DNA from: Guillardia theta CCMP2712
Lineage: Eukaryota > Protista > Cryptophyta
Reading direction: 5' to 3'
Assembly (NCBI RefSeq): GCF_000315625.1
Contig: NW_005434503.1
Location: 1-64,000, forward strand
Length of the DNA stretch: 64,000 nucleotides
The position numbers and the translations under genes were made by a program. The notes below the pieces were generated by a model that worked only from the letters and a program-made list of their open reading frames with translations, was not told the DNA's origin and ran no database searches. Shown here piece after piece: positions 47,838 to 64,000 of the stretch (positions are counted from its first letter, which is position 1; each line of letters starts with the position of its first letter).

Positions 47838-50149
47838 CTATGAGTCTACCGAGACCACCTGCGCAAACAGCATGAGCATGAGCATGAGCATGAGCATGAG
47901 ACCTGTGACGAAGGTTTTCTTTCCTCCACGTCGTGAGAGCGATCGGATGATGGTTGTCCAGGTCTGGTTCAAGAAGCATTGCCGAGTGACTTGCGGGTTC
48001 AGAAAGCGGAGCACCACCACCCCCGACCCTCCATCGCCAGCATCGCCAACAACGTTTCCATGTCCTCCATTGCCCGTGTTGCTGGCGGCAGGAGATCGCG
48101 GAGTCGTCATGTAAAACTTCCAAGGGTAGTGATCGACTCCGTCGCCTTCTCCTCCTGCTGCGTACCTCACCACTTGCTCTGTAATGCTGAACGCCCTGCC
48201 TGGTCCACCTAGGCCACCCAAGTTCTTCCATGTCCCTGTAACCCCTGGCCCTCCTCCTCCTCCTCCTCCTCCTCCTGTGGCACCCCACCAATTGGAAGGC
48301 GCATATGAGCTTCCTCCTCGATGCCCTTGCCCTTGCATGGGAGCACCTCCCAATCCAAGGTAGTCGCCTCCTCCACCTCCTGATCCACCACTTCTTCCTG
48401 TAGTGTAGGCATCATTTGGCCCAGCCCATCCTCCTCCTCCTCCTCCAAAAGCCACGAGGTTGTCGAACTGAGAGTTCTGACCATCGTTACCAGTTCCATC
48501 AGCATGCAAGCCCCCTGCTCCAACGCGGACGATCTTGGTTCCTGCCCGTACCAACTCTCTCTTCCGGTAGATCAGGCCTCCTCCACCGCCGCCGCCTCCT
48601 CCTCTGTTGCCGTAACAAGATGGACACAGCTTGCCTCCAGCTCCACCTCCAGCTACAATCAGGATGTCACAGAAAGCGTCAACAGAGAAGTTGACAAGGT
48701 ATTGGACATTGGGTCAGTGAAGCGAGCATACTGAAAGCTGGTTCCCGGGATGTCATGAACTGCAACAGGCGGAAGGAAAGAGATATTGAGAGTCTCTTGC
48801 TGCCCCTCTATCAAGTAACTGCTCGAGCTAGCCACCGGTTTGACTCCAAGACACGTTGCAGATGTGTTAGAGCACTGCGGTGAACCCACATCGTACAAGA
48901 CTGACGGCGGCCATGACGGTTGATAGCAGAGGTGGGAAGAATATTGAAAGTTCATTCGCACGTCGATCTCGCGTGCTGTCATGAGCCCGTCGAAGGCGTC
49001 GCTTGACACGCAGCTGAGCTCATTGTCTTCCAGCTCGAGATACTCCAAGCTCACCAACCCCGAGAAAGTGTTGCCCTGTATGCTCGACAGCTTGTTGGAG
49101 TGCAACGTGAGATGCGTCAGGCTAGAGAGCTGCTGGAACAAACCAGCCTGAACCTCTCCGATCTGATTGATATGCAAGTACAAGCCCTGCAGATTTGCGA
49201 GCGAGTCAAACAAGCCTAGCGGGAGCTCTTCCAGCTCGTTGTAGGACAACCAAAGCTCCTGTAGACCAGTGAGAGCGCTGAAAGTGTTAATGGGGATGGT
49301 CGAGATCTTGTTGTCGAAGAGATACAAGAACTGCAAGTTCTCAAGGCCTTTCAGCATGTTGTTCGATACGGAGGACAACAGATTGTTCTCTAGCCTGAGC
49401 TCCACCACCGACGACAACCCTGCAAACTCACCGTCTGCAATCTCCGCGATTTTGTTGCCATGGAGGTAAAGATACTGAAGACTAGCCATATTGGTGAAAG
49501 TTTTGTTCTTCAACGCCGTCAGCTCGTTTCCGTACAAAGTCAGATGAGTGAAGCTTGAGTTACGGCACAGCATTCTCTCAGGTAGACTTGACAACTGATT
49601 GCTGTGTAGACTCAGCCAGTTCAAGCTGCAAAGTTTCTCAAAGATTCCCTCAGGGAGGGAGGTGAGACGGTTGCCGTGCAAGTCGATTCCCTGGAGACTC
49701 AGCAGCTTGTCGAAGATTCCTGGAGGCAGCTGGGAGAGGTAGGTGTCGAACAAGGTGAGGTAGCTCATGCCCTGCAAGTGATCGAAGAGTCCAGCTGGTA
49801 CGCTGTCAAACTCATTCACCTCTAGAGCCAGCCCCTGGAGCGTGACGTTTGAGAGACCATCGAAAATGCCAGGAGGAAGCGTCGTGATCTGATTGTGATC
49901 GATTCCCAGGCTCGTCAGGCCTTCAAGGTCCGCGAAAACACCCGGAGTCAAGGTTCGGATGCCTTTGGCCGCAAGATTGAGCGTGCTGCAATCTGAGAAG
50001 CAGCTGCCCTCCCTTGTGAGCACACCAGCATCGGATACTGTGAAGGTGCATCCGCCGCATGTCACTGCGGTGTATCCTCTTGCTTGACTCACGTTCTGTG
50101 CGACCAAGATACACAAAAGAAAAGTCGAGGGCAGGAGATGTCTGAGCAT
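47838..50149 (-). CDS. Secreted LRR protein plus glycine-rich domain, split by a 1-nt frameshift near 48700
   Basis: Signal peptide and ~13 typical LRRs (LxxLxLxxNxL..LP.GIF). The shifted frame continues YLVNFSVDAFCDILIVAGGGAGG...NTGNGG..GDGGSGVVVLRF. Confidence 0.85.
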
Positions 50150-50192
50150 GATCTATTTTTGAAGGCCTGCAGATTTTGAAGCAACCCACTTC

Positions 50193-50234
50193 CTGTCTCT
50201 CTGTCTCTGTCTCTGTCTCTCACTCACTCACTCA

Positions 50235-50269
<35 letters not shown>

Positions 50270-50320
50270 TCTCTCTCTCACACACACACACTCTCTCTCT
50301 CTCACACACACACTCTCTCC
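50193..50320. repeat. (CT)n/(CA)n microsatellite
   Basis: Direct observation. Confidence 0.9.
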
Positions 50321-50849
50321 TCTCTCCTAGCTCGTGTGCCGGTAGAAGCAGAGTGGTCGAGCTGGGAGCTCCCCCCAGATTTGCAAAGCTGCTAATTATC
50401 TGAGCCCGCCTTACCACTCAACGCAGGCAGAAGGGAGACAGCGAAGAAATGACTACCTGCAGCAGTGGTGCCGCCAAGACGAGGGAGGTAAAGATAAGAT
50501 GCCAATCCCAACTGTCAGGTTGGCCTGAATTAGCTGCAACCATGATATGCATGGAGTCACGGGCGACGTCAGTGAGTGGAAGAGGGAGAATGAAGCGATC
50601 GCTTAACAAGGAGAGAGAAAAGACGTCAGTGAAGCAAGGAAGCGAAGGAGATGCAAGCACTGTGGAGGGGGAGCGAACACCGAGCGGAGCTTCATTTGAA
50701 CACCATTGTATGAGAGTCGAGTAGACTTGAGGAGTGAAATCAGGAGAAGAACGAGCAGAGAAGAGTCACAGCGCTTTATCTCGCATTGAAGATGAGTGAA
50801 CCACAAGGGAAGGGAAGGAGGCTGAGATAGAAAACCTATGGCCAGTAAA

Positions 50850-53800
50850 CTTCTAAACAAGAAATCAGCGACGACTCTGGGCTATGTGCAATCAGTCATG
50901 GCAGAGGTGGGACACTGACAAGTTCCGTGGATCGAACTTGTTCTCCTTGAAAGAGAAAGCATCTTGGTCACTTCAGCTCTTCGTTGGTATTTGTGCTCGC
51001 AAGCATCTCGAAAGGTCGCAAGATATCAATACTCAACGTCTGCATGCTTCTTCTGCCCCCTCTCGTTCTCTCGGCCTTGCTGGAGAGAGAACATTCCTGT
51101 CTCACTTCCCATGCAGCTTGTCTGAAGACTCCTGACAAGTGCGGAGATAGGGATGAAAGACACCGGGTCTTAGCAGCACAACCTCAGTGTCTTGTCCATG
51201 CACGTGGTCTCATGTCGCAGCCTCTTGCTAGACGCTAGTTGCTCTCAGCTAACTTGTTCCCCCATCAGCCGGGTGCCATCGGCTACCGGGCTCCTCTTTC
51301 GTCCATCCAGCATTTCCCTCATCCCTTACCCCAAACGAACATACGATGATGCTCTCAGTATCGAAACTTGCATGATTGATGAGCTTTCTGCTCCACAAGA
51401 GACAAGCACTCAAGGCTAGCTTCGTCTTCCTGCTCCTGACTGGATCCAGCTCAGAGACTGTTTGTGGACAACCTCGTGACCTCTTAGGAGGTGCGGCGAC
51501 TGCTTCTTGCAGACAAGCTCTGCGACTGGAAGTCACCAGGGCAGTCTGCTAGTAAGGCGCAGGCTCAGCATTCAGACAGTAAGGCTAGAGAGCCAGGGGG
51601 CATCAAGGAGGATTCTTGTGCGCTCTTATGAATCCTATCAGCTGCTTCTTCCACCAGTCGAAACCCATGTCGTCAAAGTCTGCCGGTACGTGTCGGAGCG
51701 CCTCTGCCAGGCCCGACGGACAATCGCCATGCTCGCTGCACATCCGCTCAAAGTGAAAGACCTGCACAAGAGTCTCAGAGTGGAGGCGACCAGACATCTT
51801 CTAACCCCATGCACATCCAGAAAAGAGCAGCTGCTGCCTGTACGCTCAGAGCCCAACAGAGCCTCTCTTGCATAGCGCATTCGCTCGTTGTCGTCTGCCC
51901 CCCTTTCCCCTGGATCTGCAAGCACGAGAGCTCGCTTGAGCGAGACGGCAATCGACAAGAGGCCTGCACAGAAGATGGCGAGGAAGGCGAGGAAGATGAG
52001 GAGAGGGATGGGAGAAGAACGAGAGGAAAGAAAACAAAATCAGCAAGATGAGAACAGTGAGAGCAGCCCGGCGCCTACCTGCAATGATCCCGTCTCTTCC
52101 AGCTGCATCCCACTCTTTTCCCAGGGAGCTCAAACTTTCATACATAATCAGATTCAAACGTCAAATGCCACTCCACCTTGGGACGCGAGCGACTAGCACG
52201 CTGGAAGCATTGCAGACTAAGGCAGGGGACGATCAGTGACGAGCAGGGGAGCAGAGGAGCTACCTGGAGGGTTTTGAGATGCTTCCAGAAAGTCCATGGC
52301 GTGCTTTTCATTTGCCTCTCCTCCACCAGCAGACGCTTCACAAGCGTCAGGTAGGAATGCCGCTACAATAATACCTTGCAAACAATCCCCCACGAAGAAC
52401 GATGCGGATAGAGAAGTTTGATATTCTTTCAACATACCATCAGTATCACTGCCTCAAAGTTGCTAAACATCTCAATCTCCATCATGACATCAAAGTGCAA
52501 AAGAGAGACAAGAATAACAAGAAAAATTAACCGTGATCGATAACGTCAACATCATGCCATCCATGTGACATTTGCGGCAACACGAAGTGAGTCAAACTGC
52601 AAAAAGAAGTCAATGTTTCTCGTCAAGGCGACAAAGGCTTCAAGTAAGAACGACCGATCAGTCACTGCTGCTCCTGTGAGGTGAGCGACTGTATGACCGT
52701 CGAGGAGGATAGAGAAGTCAAGATTCCTGGGAGCACAAACCTGCAAGAAGGATCATTCTACACGCGTCAACCTCCCCGCAACTCACTTGCTGCCTGCAAG
52801 GTCTGTCGCTTGTTCGGCTGTAGAGGAGGTATACAGCCACCGAGGCTGACGACACGCACGAGCTGTGGACCATGGATGAGACACCTGCTGCTCAGCCCCC
52901 ATCAAGTTGGAGGTAGGGCGCTTACCCATCTACGGGAGCAAGCAGCACGAGCTTGGAGATGGGCGAGGCTGTTTTGTGAGTGTGAGAGACAAGAAGGAGG
53001 GTGACAGAAAGGCACCTTGCCAGGAGTTTGGAAGGGAGAAGCGACGAGGCTCAGCCTGAGGAGGAGCATACCTTAAGAGCGCTGAGAGCACAGCACGGCT
53101 GACCCTACCTTGACATGACCGTGAAACACTCGCGACCAGACCTGCGACCACAAGATGAGGAGACTGTGAGGTCCCACAGGAGGGTTGCTCGAGACCTGGT
53201 CAACGGTCGATGCATTCGAATCAGCAGGGAAATGCTCGAACAAGAAATTCTGATGGGCGAGATACTCTCTGACTTCTTCTTCTTGATCCCATGAGTGATC
53301 CTTCGTTCTGACAGGTGACTTCATCAACAAGTAAGTATGCAAAGCATTCACCTTGACGCCTCCTCTGGTAGCTCCCAGTAATGCCAAGCTCCTTGCGGTT
53401 GGCCTCCCCCAAAGCCGTAACTGTTGACCCGCTTGCCTGCATCTTCATTGTAAGCGGAGTTTCATGTCACAAGCTGATTCTCCATCTCTCTCCTCCTCAA
53501 TCAAGTTTCCACAATATAGCTTGCTTGTAAGTTCTCATCCTTGAACATAGTCTCACGTGATGTTTCTTTGACATGAGCCGCCGTTTCCCTCCTCCTCGTT
53601 GAAATCATCATCATCAAACACGAGGAACTCACAGTGTTGTAGAGTCCATGCAAGAACAGAGAGACCAGCGCTAGGAAATCGTTTCCCAAAGTCTGCACCA
53701 CATCTTGTGTGTCGACTTCACGAGGGCATCAAGGAGCGCACCTGAAGAGAACGAATCTTCCCATCCCAGCTGCTTTCTTGCAGCTTGTATGAGCCAGGGC

Positions 53801-54739
53801 GAGAAGAGGAGAACACGATGGTCCTCGTCCTTTGTGATGTTTCCCCCAGCCGCAAACCTGCGGTGAAGTTGCAAGTGGCTCCTCAAGTCGTCGGGGATTC
53901 TGCGCCCTATGAGATCATGGCGGGAGCATCAGCGTCCTACCGCGTCAGCAGGTGCAGGATCCTCTCCCCATCCGACACTCTGCGTCGGGGAGCCGTTGAA
54001 TGATAGACAACTCGGAGGTCACTTCTTGTTCCCACATCGCCCTCGAACCCAACTGCCAACATTCATGAGCTTTTCTCTGCCAGCGGGCCCTCGCGTCATC
54101 ACCATGCTCTACGGCTCCTCCAAACCGAATCACAAGATCGTTCTTGTCGATCTCTTCACCAAAAGACGACCCCACGAGATGCCATGCGTTGCCGACCACA
54201 GCGCAGGTCCCGCATTTCTCCGCTCCGCACTTCCACCGCAAGACGCTCTCTGCTTGTTTCGGAAATTTCGTGAGGTTGTGTTGATCCAATATATCCAGCA
54301 GCTCCACAAGAAAGTCTAAACATCTGGGTTTGCTGACATGGCAGCCTTCCATCCTATACCTGCAAACTACTCAGCTTGTCGCCCCAGGTCACCAGGCATT
54401 GACACCTTGCAGGAAACCACGTGCGGGAGCTCCGTTCGGACCTTCAAGACAGGAGCTTGTCGTCATTGACGCATATCAGCGCATGCTTGCTTACATTCTC
54501 GCGCAGTCTTGCTTCGGCGAGCATCTTGAGGAGTCTTCTGCAGGCTCTTGAGGATCTCCCTCAGTATTTGCACTCGTGACAACGCTGTTCATGGCTTCGC
54601 CTGCCCAGACGTCTCGCGCGAGTTTCCCCTGCCATGAAGCTCTATGTTCCCGGGTGATGATCTCTTCGCTAGGACTCTCTCCTATCGCCCTCGAGAGGAG
54701 AAGAACCAACAGCATCCCTCGCATACTGAATGCGTCCAC
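50850..54739 (-). CDS. GT29 sialyltransferase-like protein (domain ~53270-54350) with long uncharacterised downstream exons; 3' extent uncertain
   Basis: Sialylmotif-L-like CGTCAVVGNAWHLVGSSFGEEIDKNDLVIRF, S-like FSSGALL, VS-like HSWDQEE; N-terminal hydrophobic segment. Confidence 0.75.
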
Positions 54740-55980
54740 TCGACTACTCCTCTGATGAGCACTGATCTTTTCACTTCACTTTGAGTGAAGAGTCCGAAGC
54801 TCTAGCACCCCCGTCCTCGTACTGATTTTTCACTTAACTTTGAGTAAAGAAGGCCCGTCATTTGAGTGACGGTGCTACGGTGGCAACTTGCTTGTCGGAT
54901 CAGGGAGCCCGGCCCGCGCGCGGCCCGCCAGCCCCCGGGCCCGGGCCCGGCCGGCGGTGGGAGTGACTCAGCCCGTTCACTCCGACCGGACCTACTCTTT
55001 TGACTCAAAGTCGGAAGTTAAAAATCAGTAGCCGAGGCCCGTGACAATCATGGGAGTCAGAAGAGGAGGCAGGCTTGACGGGGGCCCGGCCTGAGACTCT
55101 GTGACTCTGTCGCACAGGCCGCCATCAGTCCGATGATCATCGGATCATGCCTCCGACCCGGTCCGGCCGCCGGGGCCGCGATGGCCGCCGGAACAGTCAC
55201 TCAAAACTTGTCACTGGCCGGTGCCCCGGCGCCGCGGGCAAACTTTGAAAGCTGAGTGAAGTGAATCTGATCGGACTTGAAGCTGCAAGCGTCATGGCCA
55301 TGGCACGGCCGGGACCCTGCGCCAGGGCCTTTCAAGAGGGGGTCCCCCTGAAAGAAATAACTAGTAGGAACAGAAAGAATTTTTCAAAAGGACCACGACC
55401 CGGCGTACCAACCATCATCCACCCTACCCCCGGCAACCCACCCGATGACCCCCCTCTCACGCCTTTACGCGGGACTGGGAGCTCACCGTTGCCAGCCTTG
55501 AGAGAGCCTCTGATCTGATGAGCCTCAAGTAGTACCCCTACCACCCCCTACAGTCATCATGGCACCTCGGGACCGTCCTAGTAGTGCGGCCGGGTAGGGG
55601 GACCGGGATCCCATAGCTAGTTCATCATGTTTTACTCGCCGCTCGGCGGGACCAGATCTTCGTGACGCGGCGTCACTGCCCGATCGGAGCGGGGGTGACA
55701 GGAGAGGGGTGGGGTCATACCACCCCCACCCCTCTCAAGGAGGATGGAGGACTGCTACCTCGTGCTACCGAAACCGCCAGTAGTAACTTTTTATATAACC
55801 CAGTGGCACCGGGCCACTGAAGGTGGCCGGAAAAGCCTGGGGGTGGTGGGTGGTGAGAGGGTTGACTGTGTCAGGGTGGGATTCAAATTTCCTTCGGGTC
55901 CGGGGGGTACTCAGAGGTACCAGAGATACGGTAGATAGGGGGGTTGGGGGTGAAGCATATCATAGGCGGGAGGGGGTAGA

Positions 55981-57306
55981 ATGAAAGACATGGTACCTAC
56001 CCCCTTTCAACCCCGCTCGTCCTCCCCTCCTCTTGAGCAGGCACGGGCAATGCTGATTCAACCGATTCCCTTGCCTCGCTCTCCTCGTCGCCTCCTCCCC
56101 TTCCTCTTCCTCTTTCTCTTCCATACTGTCATTGGCAATGGCGAAGACGGTATCGAGAAGCATGAAAACATCCTCAATGTCAGCCGCGTGTTTTGGATCA
56201 CAGTCCATGAGGATCGGAAAGTTCCGGAGAACATTTGGCCAGGGGTTACGACAGAGCGATATATTGGATTGAGAGGAAGTGAGAGTCTTGTGAAATATTT
56301 GACTCCAAGGGCAAAACAAAATGTCCTTTATGGAAGAGATAGCGGGAAGGTGAGAATCTTCGCTCGATTTGAATGACGCGACTATGAGCATGTTCACCGG
56401 CGCATGCATCCTGCTTGCTTCGTTTGTCCTCATGGGCGATTCGATCTGCTCGCTTGGTGACATGTTTGCAGGAGCTTCCGTCATGGAATGCTGTTGCTCT
56501 TTACTTAAATCATGTCGAGATATGGAAAAAAATCAAGCCAGGAGAAATCGTAGCGATCTTTGAGGTACTGAGTTAAAAATTCGTAGCAGACTAGTGTTAT
56601 GCTCATGAATTTTTTGTCAGGAGGATGCTGAGATGCAGCATGGGACAAAGGAAATCCTTGAAAGCATGGACAGAGTGAGGATACGCGAAGGGAATCATAG
56701 TTGGTTTTACGGCGACAGCTTCTACCTGACGATGGACGCTTTCTGGGTCAAGGTACTGAATGTCTAAATTCACCTTCTTATCAATCCTTGGCACAATACT
56801 GAGAGTCGATGGTTGTGCAGGATTATGGCTGCAAGAAACCCTCGATTGATTTTGCTGAGGGTCAATGGATCAAGGACCTGCCATGTCACATGTGGTATGG
56901 AACATCCTCCTATCTCATTGGTGCTGGGGCTGCAAAAGAATTGCTTCAAAACGTGATGCCCATTGACATGCAAATCGATGCATATGTGGCAACGCATGCA
57001 ATCAGCAAGGGTAGCAGTAACGGGGGGACTGTACGATTTGCACAAACGACTCAGAGGTCTGTACTGCTGTAGCTCAGTGCTGAATGTTGCGATTCTGATA
57101 TCTATGCATTCAGGTTGTACAAGCAATCTCTGTTCATTTCAGAAGTACAGAAAGTGGACGCATACGCGTTATACACATGGAGAGACACGCTGCTGGTGTT
57201 GATATTGGGTACAGCTCTTCCGTGTTTTGGGTTGGGATACGCCACTGGCTGGTTACTAAAATCTCCAGCATCTGGCAATGGTGGGAAAGAATTATCGAGA
57301 TGTTGA
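55981..57306 (+). CDS. GT25-family glycosyltransferase; multi-exon
   Basis: EEDA-type motif; GTSSYLI..GAAKELL.NVMPIDMQIDAYV; N-terminal hydrophobic and C-terminal TM segments. Confidence 0.75.
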
Positions 57307-57839
57307 AATCTCGACTCAACGATATAGGGGGAATCACGACAATTATTCATTCATTCCACTTGATATGTAATTAGGATCAATCGAAATTTCAATCAGAAGA
57401 AAACAACCTTCTCTTAGGACAACCTTCATCCTTTCTTTTTCTTGTCATCAATGTGTTTTTTTTAAACGAAAATGAGAATACACTCCAATTCTAATAAAAA
57501 TCCTGTCAGAGAGCTGATGGTTGTTACATGCGGTGAAGTCGGTTCCTTGCAGTATCGCCTTCATGCTTGCCGCACATGAAAGCATGTCGCAGGTGAGGGT
57601 CGCCATGAGGCATGTTGTTTCATATCCTCGCACATCTTTCCTCTCTCATCATGACATGTGCAGTAACTACACCTTCACCCGCTCGCCTCCTCCACTGCAT
57701 CCTTTCCCGTTCCTCTCTTCCCGTTTATAACCCCATCATACCACCCCTCTAATTTACTTTCATGACCCCACCCTGAAAGCCCTGTTTCCTCCGACATCTG
57801 TTGGAAGCGAAAAGGAGGCAGGGCCGGGGAAAGCAGAAG

Positions 57840-58245
57840 AGGGAGGGGAGAGGGGAGAGGGGAGAGGGGAGAGAGGAGAGAGGAGAGAGGAGAGAGGAGA
57901 GAGGAGAGAGGAGAGAGGAGAGAGGAGAGAGGAGAGAGGAGAGAGGAGAGAGGAGAGAGGAGAGAGGAGAGAGGAGAGAGGAGAGAGGAGAGAGGAGAGA
58001 GGAGAGAGGAGAGAGGAGAGAGGAGAGAGGAGAGAGGAGAGAGGATAGAGCACAGAGGAGAGAGAGGAGAGAGGAGAGAGGAGAGAGGAGAGAGGAGAGA
58101 GGAGAGAGGAGAGAGGAGAGAGGAGAGAGGAGAGAGGAGAGAGGAGAGAGGGGAGAGGGGAGAGGGGAGAGGAGAGAGGGGAGAGGATACGGGATACGGG
58201 ATACGGGATACAGGAGAGGGAACAGGGGAGAGGGGAGAGGGCAGT
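57840..58245. repeat. (AGGAGAG)n polypurine satellite
   Basis: Direct observation. Confidence 0.97.
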
Positions 58246-58387
58246 GAGGAGAGAGAGAAGGAAAGGACAATGATGCAAAGAGGAACCTGGGAGGATGAAG
58301 AAGCTGAGAAGTGTTAGAGGACAATATCGGTGAAAAAGGTTTCCTGGCATTGCAGTAGATCTTCTGAGTTGAATCTTCAAACCTACG

Positions 58388-62211
<3,824 letters not shown>

Positions 62212-62699
62212 TAGTTGTTCCTCATGTTAACTGGCTGCTGGGCTAGAGCCTGTTAAGACTTGAGGTCATTGCCACGAGGAGGTAGAAGGAGATACGACAC
62301 AAGTAATATCACAAGTGATCTAACTACAAGTAACTTAGTAACTACAAGTGTAGAAACATGATGAGAGTCTAGTGAATCACAGTCACTGACCGTCACCGCT
62401 ACCGTCGGAAGGACTCCAACTTGGCTAGACGGGTACCAGCCTGAAGCCTTCAACGTTGCGATGACTCATTGGGATCGGTACAGCTTGAGGCGATTGTCTA
62501 CAACTGAGGGTTTAGTTTAGAACAAAACTATGTCAGATGGGGTTCGAATGATGGGAAAATGGGGGGTAGGGTGATTGAATGCCTTCAGTCTGGTTGAGGG
62601 TAGGGGTATTTATATAGACAAACACTTCGGGACACGGGGGGTGGGGTAGTACCGCATGTGCAGTTCAGGAAATGGGAGTTGATCCAGGGGATGGGAAGG

Positions 62700-62826
62700 G
62701 AGAGAGGAGAGGAGAGGAGAGGAGAGGAGAGGAGAGGAGAGGAGAGGAGAGGAGAGGAGAGGAGAGGAGAGGAGAGGAGAGGAGAGGAGAGGAGAGGAGA
62801 AGAGAGGAGAAGAGAGGAGAAGAGAA
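62700..62826. repeat. (GAGGA)n satellite
   Basis: Direct observation. Confidence 0.97.
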
Positions 62827-63137
62827 GATAGAATAGCTTAGTAAAATAGAATCCAGCAGCGTAGATGCAAGAAGACATTGAGAAGAACTTAGTAGTGAAG
62901 AGGAAGGGCCAAAGACCGTTTGGGCGAAGCTTTGTTTGCTATCAAACTTCTGATGTTGATTGGCAGAAGTCATCACGGAATTTGTTTCATCGCCTTCTGC
63001 TCCTTCCTAGAACAGCTGCAACAACAACTCACGTTGAGCTCACATCCTGCGAGAGAGATTGAGTCTCCCTCTCCCTCCCCCTCCTCCCCTTCTTCCTCCT
63101 TGCACAGACTCCTCCTGACGTACGAGAGAAGTAGAAT

Positions 63138-64000
63138 ATGAGCTCAAGCATTATCTCCAAGAGCGATCGAGCCTTCATTGAGCAGGCGGCGAAGGAGTCT
63201 CAGCGAGTTGACGGCCGCCGCTTGCTGGACCATCGCAGGGTAAGGATTCACTTCCATGTACAACCTGGCATGGTCGAAGTGCAGCTGGGAACATGCAGGT
63301 TGTGCTCGTCCTCGTCCACCTCGTCCTCCTCGTCCTCGTCCTCCTCGTCCTCGTCCTCCTTGTCCTCGTCCTCTTCCTCCCCCATCCCCCACTACCACCA
63401 TCTCCTCTTCCTCTCGCTGACTTCTCAACAAGAGTACTCGGGGTCGTGAGCGCTGCTCTCGTCGTTCCCCCAGCAGAGCGTCCAGCAGAAGGGATCGTGT
63501 CCCTCGACCTCCTGCCACTCCCTCTTGCCGACTCGTCAACAGACGCGAACCGAGCAAGCGAGACCATGAAAGACGGTCGAGCGATCTTGCAGGTGGCAAA
63601 GCAAAGGAGGAGAAGAAGGGAGGAGTGGGGAGTAGAGGAGGAGAAGGAGAAGGGAGCAGGAAAGAGAAAGACATCGGAGACGAGGAGGAGCAAGGACGGG
63701 GACAAGAGGAGGAAGAAGCGGAGGTGTTAGTCTACTGAAATTCTGTCAGCGAGCGATTGTCAAGAGCCGATGCGTGGACGTGGAGTCACTTTGTGTCATC
63801 GCCGGGAAAGCAGTGTGGAAGGTTACAGTGGAATTGAAAGTGCTTGGTGAGAGAGGAGGAGAGGAGAGGAGAGGAGAGTGGAGGGAGGGGAGGAGTAGAC
63901 GGAGCGGAGGGAACAAGCAGAGGGGAGTGGAGGGAGGCAGGGGACGGAAAGGGGAGGTAAGATTGAGTGTAAACGAGTTGATCATGTTTGATACAGAGAA
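63138..64000 (+). CDS. RRP45: Exosome complex component RRP45/EXOSC9 (5' part)
   Basis: FI..A..ESQRVDGRRLLDHR; VEVQLG.RV; P..ERP.EG; SRCVDVESLCVIAGKAVWK. Confidence 0.9.

Noticed and set aside
62355-62510. Possible C/D box snoRNAs (ATGATGA..CTGA; GCGATGA..CTGA)
   Set aside because: The boxes are short and could occur by chance. No terminal stem, and no convincing >=10-nt rRNA guide verifiable by eye; would need snoscan.

Overview
Eukaryotic, intron-rich nuclear DNA. Short ~45-50 nt introns, TTTAGGG telomere repeats, a Zn2Cys6 transcription factor and GC-rich intergenic islands suggest a cryptophyte such as Guillardia or Hanusia; this is inferred, not proven. The left end appears to be a chromosome end. 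Bases 1-5776 hold a minus-strand non-LTR retrotransposon with a 703-aa ORF1 and an ORF2 of >1030 aa that the ORF track missed. ORF2 has a Ulp1/C48-like cysteine protease domain and an AP endonuclease, and the RT is presumably beyond the window. The element's tandem-repeat 5' end is joined directly to (TTTAGGG)n. Next come a 5'-truncated element end with AATAAA plus a (CTA)n tail, and more degenerate telomere repeats. The rest is gene-dense: DUF924-TilS, SMP-30/regucalcin, SLC22-like MFS transporter, ankyrin with C-terminal F-box-like motif, GT-A glycosyltransferase, Zn2Cys6 TF, UNC119, SET protein, HEAT/SAM/PDZ/MIB-HERC2 protein, three identical tRNA-Val(GAC) genes, trypsin-like protease, acyl-activating enzyme, LRR plus Gly-rich protein (frameshifted), adjacent GT29, GT25 and GT18 (MGAT5-like) genes, and RRP45. 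Paralogous sequences that fall inside the GC-rich islands look riddled with short insertions compared with their sister copies, which points to a localised insertional mutation process. Exon boundaries of spliced genes are approximate.
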